From positions 31,496,001-31,560,000 of the forward strand of contig NC_043004.1 of the NCBI RefSeq assembly GCF_006345805.1: a stretch of DNA of 64,000 nt. The letters run 5' to 3'. Both the position numbers and the translations under genes were made by a program. The notes beneath the pieces were generated by a model, which ran no database searches, had not been told where the DNA came from, and saw only the letters and a program-made list of their open reading frames with translations. Source of the stretch: Octopus sinensis (Eukaryota). The stretch's first letter is position 1; each line of letters starts with the position of its first letter. Below are positions 50,030 through 62,409 of the stretch, piece after piece.

Positions 50030-52206
50030 CTATAAAAGAAAGACAACAGATTATAAGTTTGTTAGACATAAAGAAAAATATTGAGAAACTGTACACTGAC
50101 ATACATACACATGTACATGCATACATGCATGCACACATATATACATGCAAACATGCATAGATGCAATCAGAGGAACAATGAAAACTTGTAAAACATTTCA
50201 GGGCTTCTTCATTTGAGGTTCCTGGGTCAACATCCACACAGTCACATATACATATAGAATACATTTGCATGTGCATTTTTAAATTGTAATGAAACACACA
50301 AACGCTTATTCTATTGGGATGTGTACACCTTTGAGTGGAAGTTTGTCCATACACATATACATTAACCATTTCAAGTAACCACAAACACAAGCGATGTCTT
50401 GACTTAGACAAAAGAGCCTTGTCACTTTGTTAGTAACTGGCATGAAGTCAGCAGAAGAAAATTCTTAAAAACAAATATCAAAGAAAAACATCTATCTGTC
50501 TATCTGTCTGTTTGAGTATGTTTGTGCATGTGTGTGTGTGTAGAAGAAGAGGGAGAGGAGAGAGAGAGAGAGAGGTGGAGAGAGGAGGAGAGGAGAGAGA
50601 GAGAGGGGGAGAGAGGGGGAGAGTGAGAAAGAAAGATTAGAGAGTGTGTGATATTGAAATTTTGCCATCTTGTCAACTTACAGCGACAGTCGTTATGTAT
50701 TTCTTGAGAATAAAATATTGTAGACTTTACTTTGGTACTTTGTCATTTTCCAGGGAATCAGCTAATGTTATTTGCTCTATTTAATCTTCTTTGAAATAAA
50801 CACACCACACACACACACATACACACACACAAGCACACATACACACACACACACACGTATGTGTGTGTTTACATTTGGAAATGTGGAAGCTTCAAGAAAT
50901 ATGTATGCATGTGTGTATGTGTGTATGTATGTGTGTATGTATGGACGGATGGATGGATGGATGGATGTGTGTGTGTGTATGTGTATATATATAAATAGAA
51001 CAAAACGCAATAGAGGGCATTAAAACGTTCGGACAGATGGATGACACAAAGGTGGACAAGAGAAACAACAATTAGAGGACAGGCGAAAAAAGACGGGTCA
51101 TTCTTGGCTTTCTTTCATCAGTCAAGTACCAGAAGTCACGACCATTTTGGACAGTTACACTTGAAATGGTTCGATCTGGTTGTCCCCCAAAAAGTCTAAG
51201 GTAAGAGCATTAGACCCCTTTGTAAGAACGCTAGCGAATGTGTATGACAACAATCCTCCAACGTTTGCTACCTTACTTCGTCTGGCCTAACAGCCCCCAT
51301 GTTTGCTTTTGTTTGGTTTCTTGTATGTCTCCACTGTCCTGTTTTGTTACCAACTTTGACCCTCCACAAATCCCAAATTTTATTTTGGCTTGCAGGAACA
51401 ACTGTTTTTCGAAGCCTCATATTGTGATGAATTGCTCCAAATATGGAGTAGATAAACCATCGACAACTTTTGAAGGGTTGTTTTTTATCTTATTCATCTT
51501 GTTTCCCATTTGTTTCTTTCATTGTTCAAATAATTAAGTTTGCTTTCATATTTCACATTGTTTACTGTTGTTTACATTTTGTGATGTACTATACCCATAT
51601 ATGCATATATATATACATACACACACACACATATATATATGATAGTATGTACATATATGTATGTATGTATATATGCATATATATATATATATATTATATA
51701 TATATATGTCTGTATGTATATAATATAAGATTAATATAACATGAGGATGGAGGATATTAGGCTTTAATAGTAGAACATAACATTTGTTTCTGAGCCACAG
51801 ACCAGCTTTAAGTTGCTGTGTTTAAATTCATATACCCTTATAGAAGATCTTTATGGTTATGTATTTGTTTTGCAAGATTCTTAATATGAACATGTATTAA
51901 AACAGATATTGTTATACTTGGGGATGGTCATTTCTTTCGTTTTTACTGATTAAACACACACAATATTTATTCAATCTTCACTTAAGTTTTTACTTGTATT
52001 ATTTTTAGTTTATGCGTCTGTCAAAGTTCTTTTGTTACACATACTGTGTCCTCATCACTGATTCTGTCCTACATGCCTCCTCTTGTCCTGCTTATTCCAT
52101 TTTGTCCTATTTAATAAGATATTGTTCTTTATAATTACTATATTATTGAAAATTTTTCAGCAACAGCCATGTGTGGGCACTTATTGCTTACCATCAAGTA
52201 TTATAA

Positions 52207-52434
52207 GGCGGCGAGCTGGCAGAAACGTTAGCACCCAGGCAAAATGCTTAGTGGTATTTCGTCTGCCGCTACGTTCTGAGTTCAAATTCCGCCGAGGTTG
52301 ACTTTGCCTTTCATCCTTTCGGGGTCGATAAATTAAGTACCAGTTACACACTGGGGTCGATGTAATCGACTTAATCCATTTGTCTGTCCTTGTTTGTCCT
52401 CCTGTGTTTAGCCCCTTGTGGGAAGTAAATAAAT
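52207..52434 (+). mobile_element. SINE family A, full length, 10-bp TSD
   Basis: AGTATTATAA at 52197-52206 and 52435-52444; near-identical to 9687-9918. Confidence 0.9.
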
Positions 52435-52920
52435 AGTATTATAATGCAAACACACACACACACATACACACATACATTCACATAATCCCTTTCTTCACAC
52501 ATACTCATGTCACTGTCAAACTGAAGACTCTTTGACTGAAAGATATTTTTACACAGGACCCGTAGAAGTTCACAAAATTCATTACGAAGTGTTTGGAAAT
52601 AAATATTCATTTCTACACAATATAGATTTGTCAATGATTTCTGACACTTGAAACTTTGCTTCTGTCACTCTTTATTACAACAAAAGGTGATTTCAGTTGG
52701 AACACTAAAACTTCTCTACTTAATTATGTAACAACAATAATACTACAAAAGCTGAATGTTGAATTTGGTGACTATCACCATTGAAAATAGGCTGCCTGCT
52801 CAGAAATATAATTATATTAATTTATAACACTAGACAGAGTAGACTAACTTGATAATAGCTTTCTGATAATATAATTTACATACACCAAACTAATTGATAA
52901 ACAGCTTTCTGTATGATAGC

Positions 52921-53324
52921 CAGGACCAGATTTAAACTGGGGGCTGAAGCACTTCAAGTTTGATGGGTCCCTTATACACAAGAATTAAAATCTTAGACAA
53001 TTACCAAATTTAAATCTCAAAACCTATCAATTTTAAATAATTGAATTTGATGAGTTAGCAGAGAAAGTTTAAATAAATGACTGAAAATGTCGCTTTATAG
53101 ATACACTTTTTCAAAATTCAAGTTTTGTTTTTCACACATCCACTTGCAGTGTTTGACTTTTCCTTCAATGTGAAAAGTACACTGAAGGAGGGAAGAATGG
53201 GGTAAGTTTTTTTTCTTCTTTTAATGTGAGTTACATGTTTCAGAATGTAGAATAAGATAAAACGACAGAAAATTGCAAAAAAGAAAAAATCCTTTTTGTG
53301 GTTGTTGCTGTTCCAAAGCCATAA

Positions 53325-53363
<39 letters not shown>

Positions 53364-54459
53364 GCAGGTAGAGATACCTACATTTAAAAGACATGGATTT
53401 TTAAAATTCATCTTTTAAAATGGCTTCCCTTCATTGTTTTGCAATGGATGAAAAATAAAATTAAAAAGCAGGGGAAACCCCGACAAAAATGGTGAAATTC
53501 AAACAGCTATTCCTGAAAGTCTGCTTTTCCAGTAAGAGCATGTGGGGCACTATGAGTAATATTAACTGCATTTTTGACTTTGAAAAAAAAAATTTTTTAC
53601 AAATGTTCACTACCTTGCCAGAACTATATCAGCAAAGTAAAGACCTTCTCTAAACACAGTAAAACATATAACATATTCAGAACACTTTCAGAAAATTATC
53701 ACTGTTTTCTTTGAGCATATAAAAGACAAATTTAGGTGGAGCAAAATGGGTAAGACAAGACAAAGTAAATATGCCCTTCCAGTTCTCCAGAACTAAAATT
53801 TGGAAAAAGAGTCATGCACATAAACATCCATCTTTAGACATCAGAAATACAACTAAATTTAAAATATTTTGGTCAAATGAAAGAAGATTATAAATCTAAA
53901 AACTCATCATAAAATATTTTTATAATTTCTTCATTATAGAATGGTGGTGCCCCAGCATGGCCACAGCTCATGAGCTGAAACTTGATGAAATAAAAAAAAC
54001 AATAAAATAGCTTCTTCACCAAAAATTATCCAGATATTTTATTATCTACCTCAATTACTGTTGAGTCAAATTTCTTGAAAATAGTACCTGTCACCTATGT
54101 TTCAAACTTTCAACTTCAACAACAACTATACTGACTGATTTTTACTCCTAAAGATGCTGCAATGGTACAATATGAGAGAAAATAACAAGAAATCAGAAAT
54201 TATTGATTTTGACCCAGTTACTAATTTTGCCCCGCTTCCATATAGTAATTCCAAGTATTTGACAGAATGATGAAAAATATGAAAAAATAAGAAAAAGGAA
54301 AGGTTCAATATTAAGAAACATTTGAATATATATGCAATAATTTTAAAGCTGAAAAAGAATGCTTTTAGTTGTTGAGAGATGTAATTTTATAATTAAAACT
54401 AAATTCAGAAGTTTTCTTTACTTACTTGCATTCAAAGCCTCACTTTAGAAGTAGAAATG

Positions 54460-54490
<31 letters not shown>

Positions 54491-54966
54491 TGTGTGTGTG
54501 TGCTTTTAACCAATAATGGTCAAGCCAAGGTCAAGCTCAGTCATGCTTTGAAAGAAGGAATTTAGCCTGGAGACAATAACATTTTTCTATCAATCTCTTT
54601 ATCTTTATATACATTTATACTTACATACACACACAAACACACATACACTCACAGATACATACAGACATACATTTTCAGGAGTGTTCTGTTGTTTCCCTTT
54701 TCCATCCCAAAAGCAGCTACAATTTCCTTGGGAAGTGCTTTGGGACTGTTTTTTTAATTGAATTATTTGATGTCTCTAAAGTGGCTGTCCTAAAAGAGAA
54801 TCCATTTTTTAAGAAGTCAAGATACCTTTGTATATTGAAAGACACTCTTTTCATGCCTGATTCCTGTATTGAGTGCTACATATCCTCCTAGCAGTGCTCC
54901 CAACCCCCCCGATATCTAGATGCTTGGGGCAATTTCCCCCTCTGCCCATTCATAAATCCGGTCCTG
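52921..54966. mobile_element. Non-autonomous hAT-like element (~2.05 kb)
   Basis: TIRs CAGGACCAGATTTA / TAAATCCGGTCCTG (13/14). 8-bp flanks ATGATAGC / ATTATAGT (6/8) fit a decayed 8-bp TSD. Confidence 0.6.
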
Positions 54967-55131
54967 ATTATAGTATAGATAGATTGCACCCATAGAGAGA
55001 AAGTCATTATCTTAATGAATAATTCTAGCTATGATAGACTTACACAGATACACATAGGCAAATGCACAAACACAGATACACATACATTCCCTCTAAAAGC
55101 ATATGCACAATGCTTGACAAATATTACTTAC

Positions 55132-55285
55132 CCCATCCTATTAGTTTGAAATGCCAAAGCTGGAGTTTTTCTGAAGAATACGTCCAAACGACAATCATGT
55201 GTAAGTGGAGACCTTCGACAAACATCCAATAGAAGTTTGTACTCTGGAAGTAATTGAAAGCTGTCACCAAAGCTTTACATAACCA
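55132..55285 (-). CDS. CRHR-like: Class B1 GPCR exon, TM3-ICL2-TM4 (154 bp)
   Basis: Acceptor tcttctatctctag and donor gtaagt; phase 0 to 1. WLCKALVTAFNYFQSTNFYWMFVEGLHLHMIVVWTYSSEKLQLWHFKLIGW(G). Confidence 0.96.
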
Positions 55286-55996
55286 CTAGAGATAGAAGAC
55301 AATGGGCATAAGATTAGTGCTGTTTAATAAATAAACTTTTATGAGTACAAACAGTGCAATATTAATTTGATTTAAAATTTCATATTTAACTTTAAGAGAA
55401 TACTCTGCCAAATATTTTTTATAACCTTTGTAAATTTTCCTTTTCTTAATCACTCATTTATTTACTTGAATACTTACTCATTCAACGGTCCTTTCATGCC
55501 TTCTGTACTCTCTCTCCCCTATCTTTTCATTTAATTATTCACTCAGGTGAGTAAGCCATTAACTGCTCAACCAGCCAATTGAATTCAGTTGACCATAGAA
55601 GAATCAAAAGCTCTACATTGCAAACTGACGAAATCATTTTCATTATGCAATTCTGTAAGTGTTTATTGCAATTAATAAGTCATCTGGAACTGGCTGTTCA
55701 GAGATAATTATGTTTATCAGGAATAAATTGCAACCCTGTGTATAGAATGCAAACCCCACACAGTCTTCGTCTGTTAACTTGTATTCATAGTGGCTTGGCC
55801 ACTTGACAATCTCGTTTTGGTTAGGACTTTTGAAATAGCTTTTACAAATAAAATGGAATTTCCTGGGGTGAGGGATAGGTACAGGATTTAGGGTGAATTT
55901 TAAAGTACTCCATATTGCAAAACACTTGTAAATAGTTTAAAAAGAATTTTCCTTTTAAATCCATATTTTTCAAATGTCTCAGTCCTGCCCCCACAT

Positions 55997-56869
55997 TGTG
56001 CCTTCGGAGTAGCTACTATGATTAAAAAGATTATTTTTTCTTTTCTTTTTGCTATTTCTCGGGGGGTTTTTTTTTTTAGAGTAATGAATGTTCTGAATAA
56101 TTTAGAATTCACAATTTTGGGAAAAACAAATTCTTAAACACTTTGCCTTCTTCATTGTACCATTCACAATTAAAATGTTTTTTCTTGTCATTATTCATAA
56201 TTTTATAGTATTCCAAATTGTGAAACACTTCTGATAGACATGTAATTTGCATAAAAAATTTTTATCTTATTTTCAAAAATTCATGTTTTTCAAATTTCTT
56301 ACCTTGCCCACCTCCATACCCTTTATCCAAAATTGCCATTCTATTTTTGAAAACAAAATTCTTTAAATTTCAGTTTTTAAACATCTTTCATTTCACCACC
56401 AAAACCAACTTCGTTTTTACACTTTTGCCAATCTTAAAAACCTTTTTCCTTTTTCTATTGAGATGGCTGTGAAAGATAAGTTTAATGAACTATATTTACC
56501 AGATAATTGTTAAATTTTCTCACCCCAGATTACATTAATCGCAAAATGTATGATAAAAAGGGGATTGAGAAATAGTTTTTATAAAAATATGAATTACAAT
56601 TGTTTCAGAATGTGGAAATGAAAAATAATGAAGATGAAAAAATCATGAGTGTGTGTGTGTGTAAATGCATGTGTGCATATGTGCAGAGAGAGCTGAAACA
56701 TTTAAAAATATAGATTTTGCAAAAAAGGTTTTAGTTTATACACAAAAAGTGATCTGCAAGTGTTTTGCAATGTGGGATACTATAAAATGTTGAAAAATAC
56801 CGACCCTCCACCTAAAAAAAAAAAATTTTTTTTAAATGAGAAATTTGTGACAGCTATTCCGAAAGCACA
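55997..56869. mobile_element. Putative TIR element (~870 bp)
   Basis: TGTGCCTTCGGAGTAGCT versus AGCTATTCCGAAAGCACA (16/18 inverted match); no TSD identified. Confidence 0.35.
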
Positions 56870-57334
56870 CTTTTGATTTGTTTATAAATAGAGACTAAAA
56901 AACATTCTCAATACCCAATGAGCTTGAATATCTCCAAACCATTAATAGTCTATCAACATTCATTGACATTATTAGACTGTTTGTCATGTAGCACACTGTA
57001 CTATTCCAAAGACTTGTTTAGTCTGGTTATCACAAATGGTTGTGCCATGCTGGTCACTCATTCATTTTCATTGTTCTTGTTGGGACGTGACACCACCCTA
57101 ACTTCTGCTATGACATGAAGGCAAGCATGTAGAAATTATTATTTGTCTCATACATCAGTTTCCAGTTTTACTAACCAACACTGCGAAATGAAATCTTAGA
57201 TATAATGATATTTGATATGAAATATCTGAGAGCCTTGTCCAAAGTTAACAGTTTTTATTGGGTTTGATAGCACAACTCGTCTCAAATACAGTTTTATTGA
57301 AGATCTAAACTTTTTTCTATTGATATCCCAGCTT

Positions 57335-57351
57335 ACAGAGAGAGAGAAAGA

Positions 57352-57425
<74 letters not shown>
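57335..57425. repeat. (GA)n microsatellite ~100 bp from the GPCR TM2 exon donor
   Basis: Seen directly. Confidence 0.95.
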
Positions 57426-57430
<5 letters not shown>

Positions 57431-57528
57431 AGGAAGACACATTAAATAATATTATACCGCGCAAATGAACTGGCCAGAAAATCAGTTAAGTCAAATTCAA
57501 TAAGTGTCTATTTGTTTTCTCTACTCAC

Positions 57529-57655
57529 CTCAAGATGGGGCTTGTGAACAGCCACGTGTTCTATACTATGTCGCATGGCCAGCCAAATGATGTTACGAAG
57601 GATAAAACTCATAATTAAGTGGCAGTGAATCTTATTTCGAAGACATCGCAGATTT
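57529..57655 (-). CDS. CRHR-like: Class B1 GPCR exon, ICL1-TM2-ECL1 (127 bp)
   Basis: Acceptor ttttttctttag and donor gtgagt; phase 2 to 0. (R)NLRCLRNKIHCHLIMSFILRNIIWLAMRHSIEHVAVHKPHLE carries the LRCLRNxIH motif. Confidence 0.95.
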
Positions 57656-59108
57656 CTAAAGAAAAAAGTCAATGTTAAGATCTGGCTTACTGTGGGTATT
57701 GTAACAGGATATACTGAACATTATTATAATAATAAGGGAACTTGGGCATAGTTTGTAAAATAAATGTTATGTTTGCTTCAGGGGTATGTGTGCAAAATTG
57801 GTAACTGGGGCAAAGGGAATAATTTTTAATTTCTTGCTATTTTCTCCCTACCTGTTTGAAAACATTTCATTGCAAGTATTGCATCGTTATTTTGTACTGT
57901 CAAATCAAACTTCGACCTGATTGTTATTGGAGCTGCTAATAAAATATCTGGATAATTTTATTGTTTGACAATCAATAGTCTTTTCTCTGTTGGATTCCAA
58001 GTCAATTTTTTCTTAATTTGATCATTTTCAGTTGTCAAAAAATGATGTCTAAACTGAGGTAAAATGAATAATGACTAATATGAATAATTTTTTCTCCATA
58101 ACTGCATGGTGTATAAATATATGATGAAGACAGCCACTCCAGCAGACTGTGAAGAATCTATAGAGAATATTTTATGTTGAGTTTTTAGATTAATCAAGTT
58201 TTGTTAATTTTGTATCATGTGCCATTTTTTCCATAGACCCCGTGATGTAAAGTCAGTGGTGTCACTGAAGCTAGAAGCAAGTTGTGATAGTCGTACTCTC
58301 TCTTGGTCAGGGCCAACCTTAAGCCAATTGAACCGATTGCTCCTAATCGGGCTCCATGCCCAAGCGGACCCCATGCTCAAGGAGGTCACCTCCTATACTG
58401 TGACATTCATGAAGGTGGTCTCACCAAATTTTAGAAGATTTACATAAAAATGTTCTTAAAAAAAGAATGTATTTTCTACATTTTAGCAACTCCAGATACT
58501 AAAAGGTAAACCTATTCATTCAAAATTGCTTGGGTCAGCCTTGCTTGTATTTTTGGTGTTAGAATCAATTGCATGTATGCGTATGTGAATGTCTGGGAGT
58601 GTTTATGGGCATGTTTGGGTAAAATATTTGTGTGCGCACATGTATGTGTGAGTATGTATGTGGTTGTTTGAGTGTATGGTGAATTGTATGTATATATGTG
58701 TGCATATGTTTGTGTGTGTGAGTTGTTATAAATATACTTTGTATATGTTTAATTTTGGAGAAAATTTTATTTTAATAAAGTGTATTTTTTATATATATAT
58801 TTATATGTATCAAAGAAAGCAAAAAATACAACAAAAATGATAAAAGCAAAAGTCTAAATGTATGTGTGTAAAAGAATTCAGTACTCAGTATTTTGGCTAC
58901 AGGAATTTCTGTCAAAGAGACAACGGTAAACAAAGGTTAAAACTTCAGTTATTTTTCATAGTGGTTTGGTTTGGTTGAGGTCTGTATTTGTGTGAATGTA
59001 TGCATATGTATGTTTATGCTAGTATGTGTATGACTGTATGTATATATATTTTTTAGCATGTGGTGAATTGTATACATACACACACACATGCATATGTGTG
59101 TGTGAGTG

Positions 59109-59157
<49 letters not shown>

Positions 59158-59571
59158 ATGAGGTGAGATAAAATTTCTTGTCTTGTGTTCAAAAGAGAAA
59201 AATCTTTTTGCAATGACACCCATTTAGGTTTTTAGACAAGCACAAGCACACAGCCACACACACACACATGAACATCGCCCTCCCACACATGAATGCCACC
59301 CCCCCCCCCACACGGGGTGAAAGTAGAAGACATTTGGTATCACACAGTGGTGCTAAACCTAAAAGCACATAACTAAGACAGGACTGTTTTCTACCACAGA
59401 GGTTATAGAAAAAAAATAAAAGGCAAGTATATAACCAGCTTCCAAAAGATTCTAATTATTAATTTGCACCATTTAGCAACCTAGCAACGACAAAAGATTT
59501 ATAAATGCATAAATGTTCAAAATATAAGTGAACAAAATGCACACAGGCATGCTCTTACACACACACACATA

Positions 59572-59988
59572 CTCTTTTACTCTTTACTCTTTTACTCTTT
59601 TACTTGTTTCAGTCATTTGACTGCGGCCATGCTGGAACACCGCCTTTAGTCGAGCAAATCGACCCCGGTACTTATTCTTTGTAAGCCCAGTACTTATTCT
59701 ATCGGTCTCTTTTGCCGAACCGCCAAGTGACGAGGACGTAAACACACCAGCATCGGTTGTCAAGCAATGCTAGGGGGACAAACACAGACACACAAACACA
59801 CACACATATATATATACATATATACGACAGGCTTCTTTCAGTTTCCGTCTACCAAATCCACTCACAAGGCATTGGTCAGCCTGGGGCTATAGCAGAAGAC
59901 ACTTGCCCAAGATGCCACACAGAGGGACTGAACCCGGAACAATGTGGTAGGTAAGCAAGCTACTTACCACACAGCCACTCCTGCGCCT
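59572..59988 (-). mobile_element. tRNA-derived SINE (family B), full length
   Basis: Reverse complement of 61954-62365. Confidence 0.88.
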
Positions 59989-60714
59989 ATGTTTTATTAA
60001 TTTCCTGTATTTCCATAAAACTCACTCAATCATGTAAACTCATATGGCTCTACCAACAGTGCTTCTAAATATGATTATCGGACAAGTTCCCCAAAGGTAT
60101 GTACTATCATAGAGGTCAGCTGCCCTGCAGACATAGATATCTCTTTGAAAATCAAAGAAAAAGAGGATATCTATGGACAAATATGAGCCAAACTATTTTT
60201 TAAAATAAAGCAGTATGTTTTGAATATTTTTCATTTAAAATTTTTAAACACTAGCACCAGTACCTGGTCTTGCTCCAGTTTAGTAATAACTAAAATAATA
60301 TAATCATGTGGGTTCAATATATTTGGGATACATTCCTTTTAAAACAAGTTTGATAATCTGCAGCTGATCTTGGAATGTTGGTTATTTTTCAGACTTGTAC
60401 TCCAGCAATTCAGAAGATGGCTCGATTTGATCTTCTTAAAGGATAAAATTAATAAACGTAGCTAGCATTTATAAATAATTGAAACGGATATTACTCATAA
60501 AGACTTTTTAATTTAGAAAATCGATTATCATTCATAGAAAACATACATTTCTCATTCCCAAAACATTTTAATCTTTATGAAGTAAACATTTTTTATTTAA
60601 AAATTACCTTTTTTTAGAAAGTATTTAAAAAAAATTACTGAATGAATTTGAGAAGAAATACCTTCATGGAAAATTTTCTGCTGCCTAGAGGCAAACTGTA
60701 GGCTATGACTTGGA

Positions 60715-60716
<2 letters not shown>

Positions 60717-60801
<85 letters not shown>

Positions 60802-60850
60802 TACATACATACATACATACATACATACATACATACATACATACATACAT
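60717..60850. repeat. (CA)n-(CATA)n microsatellite
   Basis: Seen directly. Confidence 0.95.
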
Positions 60851-61351
60851 GTGGCGTGATGTTGCTAAAACAATTTACAATGCATCCACAAAAAAGTCTG
60901 TCCTGAAATAAACTTAGAAAACCCCTCTGTTATGGAATACATTTATAAACACCATCTCAAGGAACACTGGTGGAATATTCCCTCAAAAATTCTGTCAAAT
61001 GTAAACATAACAGGCCGGATATTATTGTTTGGGACAGAGGGACAAAGGTATGTACTATCGTAGAGGTCAGTTGCCCTGCAGACATAAATATCTCTTTGAA
61101 AATCAAAGAAAAAGAGGATATCTATGAACAACTGCTTCAAAACCTCCAGCTTCTATATCTAAACTATGAATTCATATTCATACTAAAAATAATTGGAGCA
61201 CTAGTTTTTTTTTTGTAAATGCTTAAAGGGGAATCTGGATAAACTAGGATTTTCAAAAAGAGAAATCAACCAGCTAATTCGTACATTACAAGTGCAATCA
61301 GTGAATGGAACAGTAAAAATATGCAAGTCTTTTCTCAAGTTCCAAATGTGA
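60850..61351 (+). mobile_element. R4/Dong-like LINE C-terminal restriction-like endonuclease fragment
   Basis: RDVAKTIYNA; KCKHNRPDIIVWD..TKVCTIVEVSCPADINISLKIKEKEDIY (PD-(D/E)xK REL domain); ends ...TVKICKSFLKFQM*. Confidence 0.75.
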
Positions 61352-61697
61352 TTTTGTCTGTGTTAACTACATCCCAAAGGCAGAGCTTTGTTGGAAACCA
61401 GCACCCTTCTCAGTGAAAGATTTATAATAATTAATAAAATAGAAGAGACATGCATACATACATGCATACATACTATTGTAGCAAGACATTGGTAAAATTT
61501 GAACCATAGCTCTCAGAATTTCCAGTGCAGAACCACAAACTGAAATATTTCCATAAAAGAAAATATTGTTGCCATAAAAGGCATTAACACCTACGCAAAT
61601 ATGACTCAACAAATGAACGCTACTGAACAACAACAACAACAACAACAACATCGAAAAATACCTTAGGAATGAGAACCCAGGTTCAAAATTTCCCCAA

Positions 61698-61743
61698 GAC
61701 ACTTGATGAAGGCTGGAGGGTATATCAGCCGAAACATTGTGTT
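61698..61743 (+). ncRNA. Decayed minimal hammerhead-like motif
   Basis: gacac TTGATGA a GGCTG gagggtatat CAGCC GAA ACAT T gtgtt. Helices I and II pair, but C3 is U and ACGT has become ACAT. Confidence 0.45.
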
Positions 61744-61953
61744 AACAACAAACAAGATGAGGACAAATATCTGTCAATTGTAAATAATGTAAATAATATA
61801 AAATAAGTACCAAACTCAAAAAAAGTAAGTACTGGGGTCAATTCTTTTGACTAATGGCCTCAGTCTATAAACTGAAACAAGTAAAATATAAAAGATAAAA
61901 GATATATAGGAGTGGCTGTGTGGTAAGTATAATATAAAAGATAAAAGATATAT

Positions 61954-62365
61954 AGGAGTGGCTGTGTGGTAAGTAGCTTGCTAACCAACCACATGGTTCC
62001 GGGTTCAGTCCCACTGCGTGGCATCTTGGGCAAGTGTCTTCTGCTATAGCCCCGGGCCAACCAATGCCTTGTGAGTGGATTTGGTAGACGGAAACTGAAA
62101 GAGGCCTGTCGTATATATGTATATATATATATATAAGTGTGTGTGTCTATGTTTGTGTGTCTGTGTTTGTCCCCCTAGCATTGCTTGACAACCGACGCTG
62201 GTGTGTTTACGTCCCCGTCACTTAGCAGTTCGGCAAGAGACCGATAGAATAAGTACTGGGCTTACAAAGAATAAGTCCCGGGGTCGATTTGCTCGACTAA
62301 AGGCGGTGCTCCAGCATGGCCACAGTCAAATGACTGAAACAAGTAAAAGAGTAAAAGAGTAAGAG
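61954..62365 (+). mobile_element. tRNA-derived SINE (family B), full length
   Basis: A-box-like TGGCTGTGTGG, B-box GGTTCAGTCCC (62002-62012), CORE-like ggcatcttgggcaagtgtctt and a (gtaaaaga)n tail. Confidence 0.88.

Positions 62366-62409
<44 letters not shown>

Noticed and set aside
49370-50035. Longest track ORFs (221 and 191 aa) and similar YI/CV/TH/YLSI-rich ORFs at 9042, 33389, 35391, 41242 and 60597
   Set aside because: They are translations of di- and tetranucleotide microsatellites that happen to lack stops, not proteins.
49965-50411. 148-aa minus-strand ORF as a gene
   Set aside because: Only its last 61 bp (49969-50029) are the real GPCR exon; the rest is intron read-through. The same applies to 28884-29186.
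51005-51135. Minus-strand CTGATGA ... GAACGTT as another hammerhead
   Set aside because: One A of GAAA is missing and I could not pair a convincing helix I or II.
61954-62030. tRNA gene
   Set aside because: It has A/B-box-like motifs but no full cloverleaf and continues into SINE body sequence repeated several times in the window.
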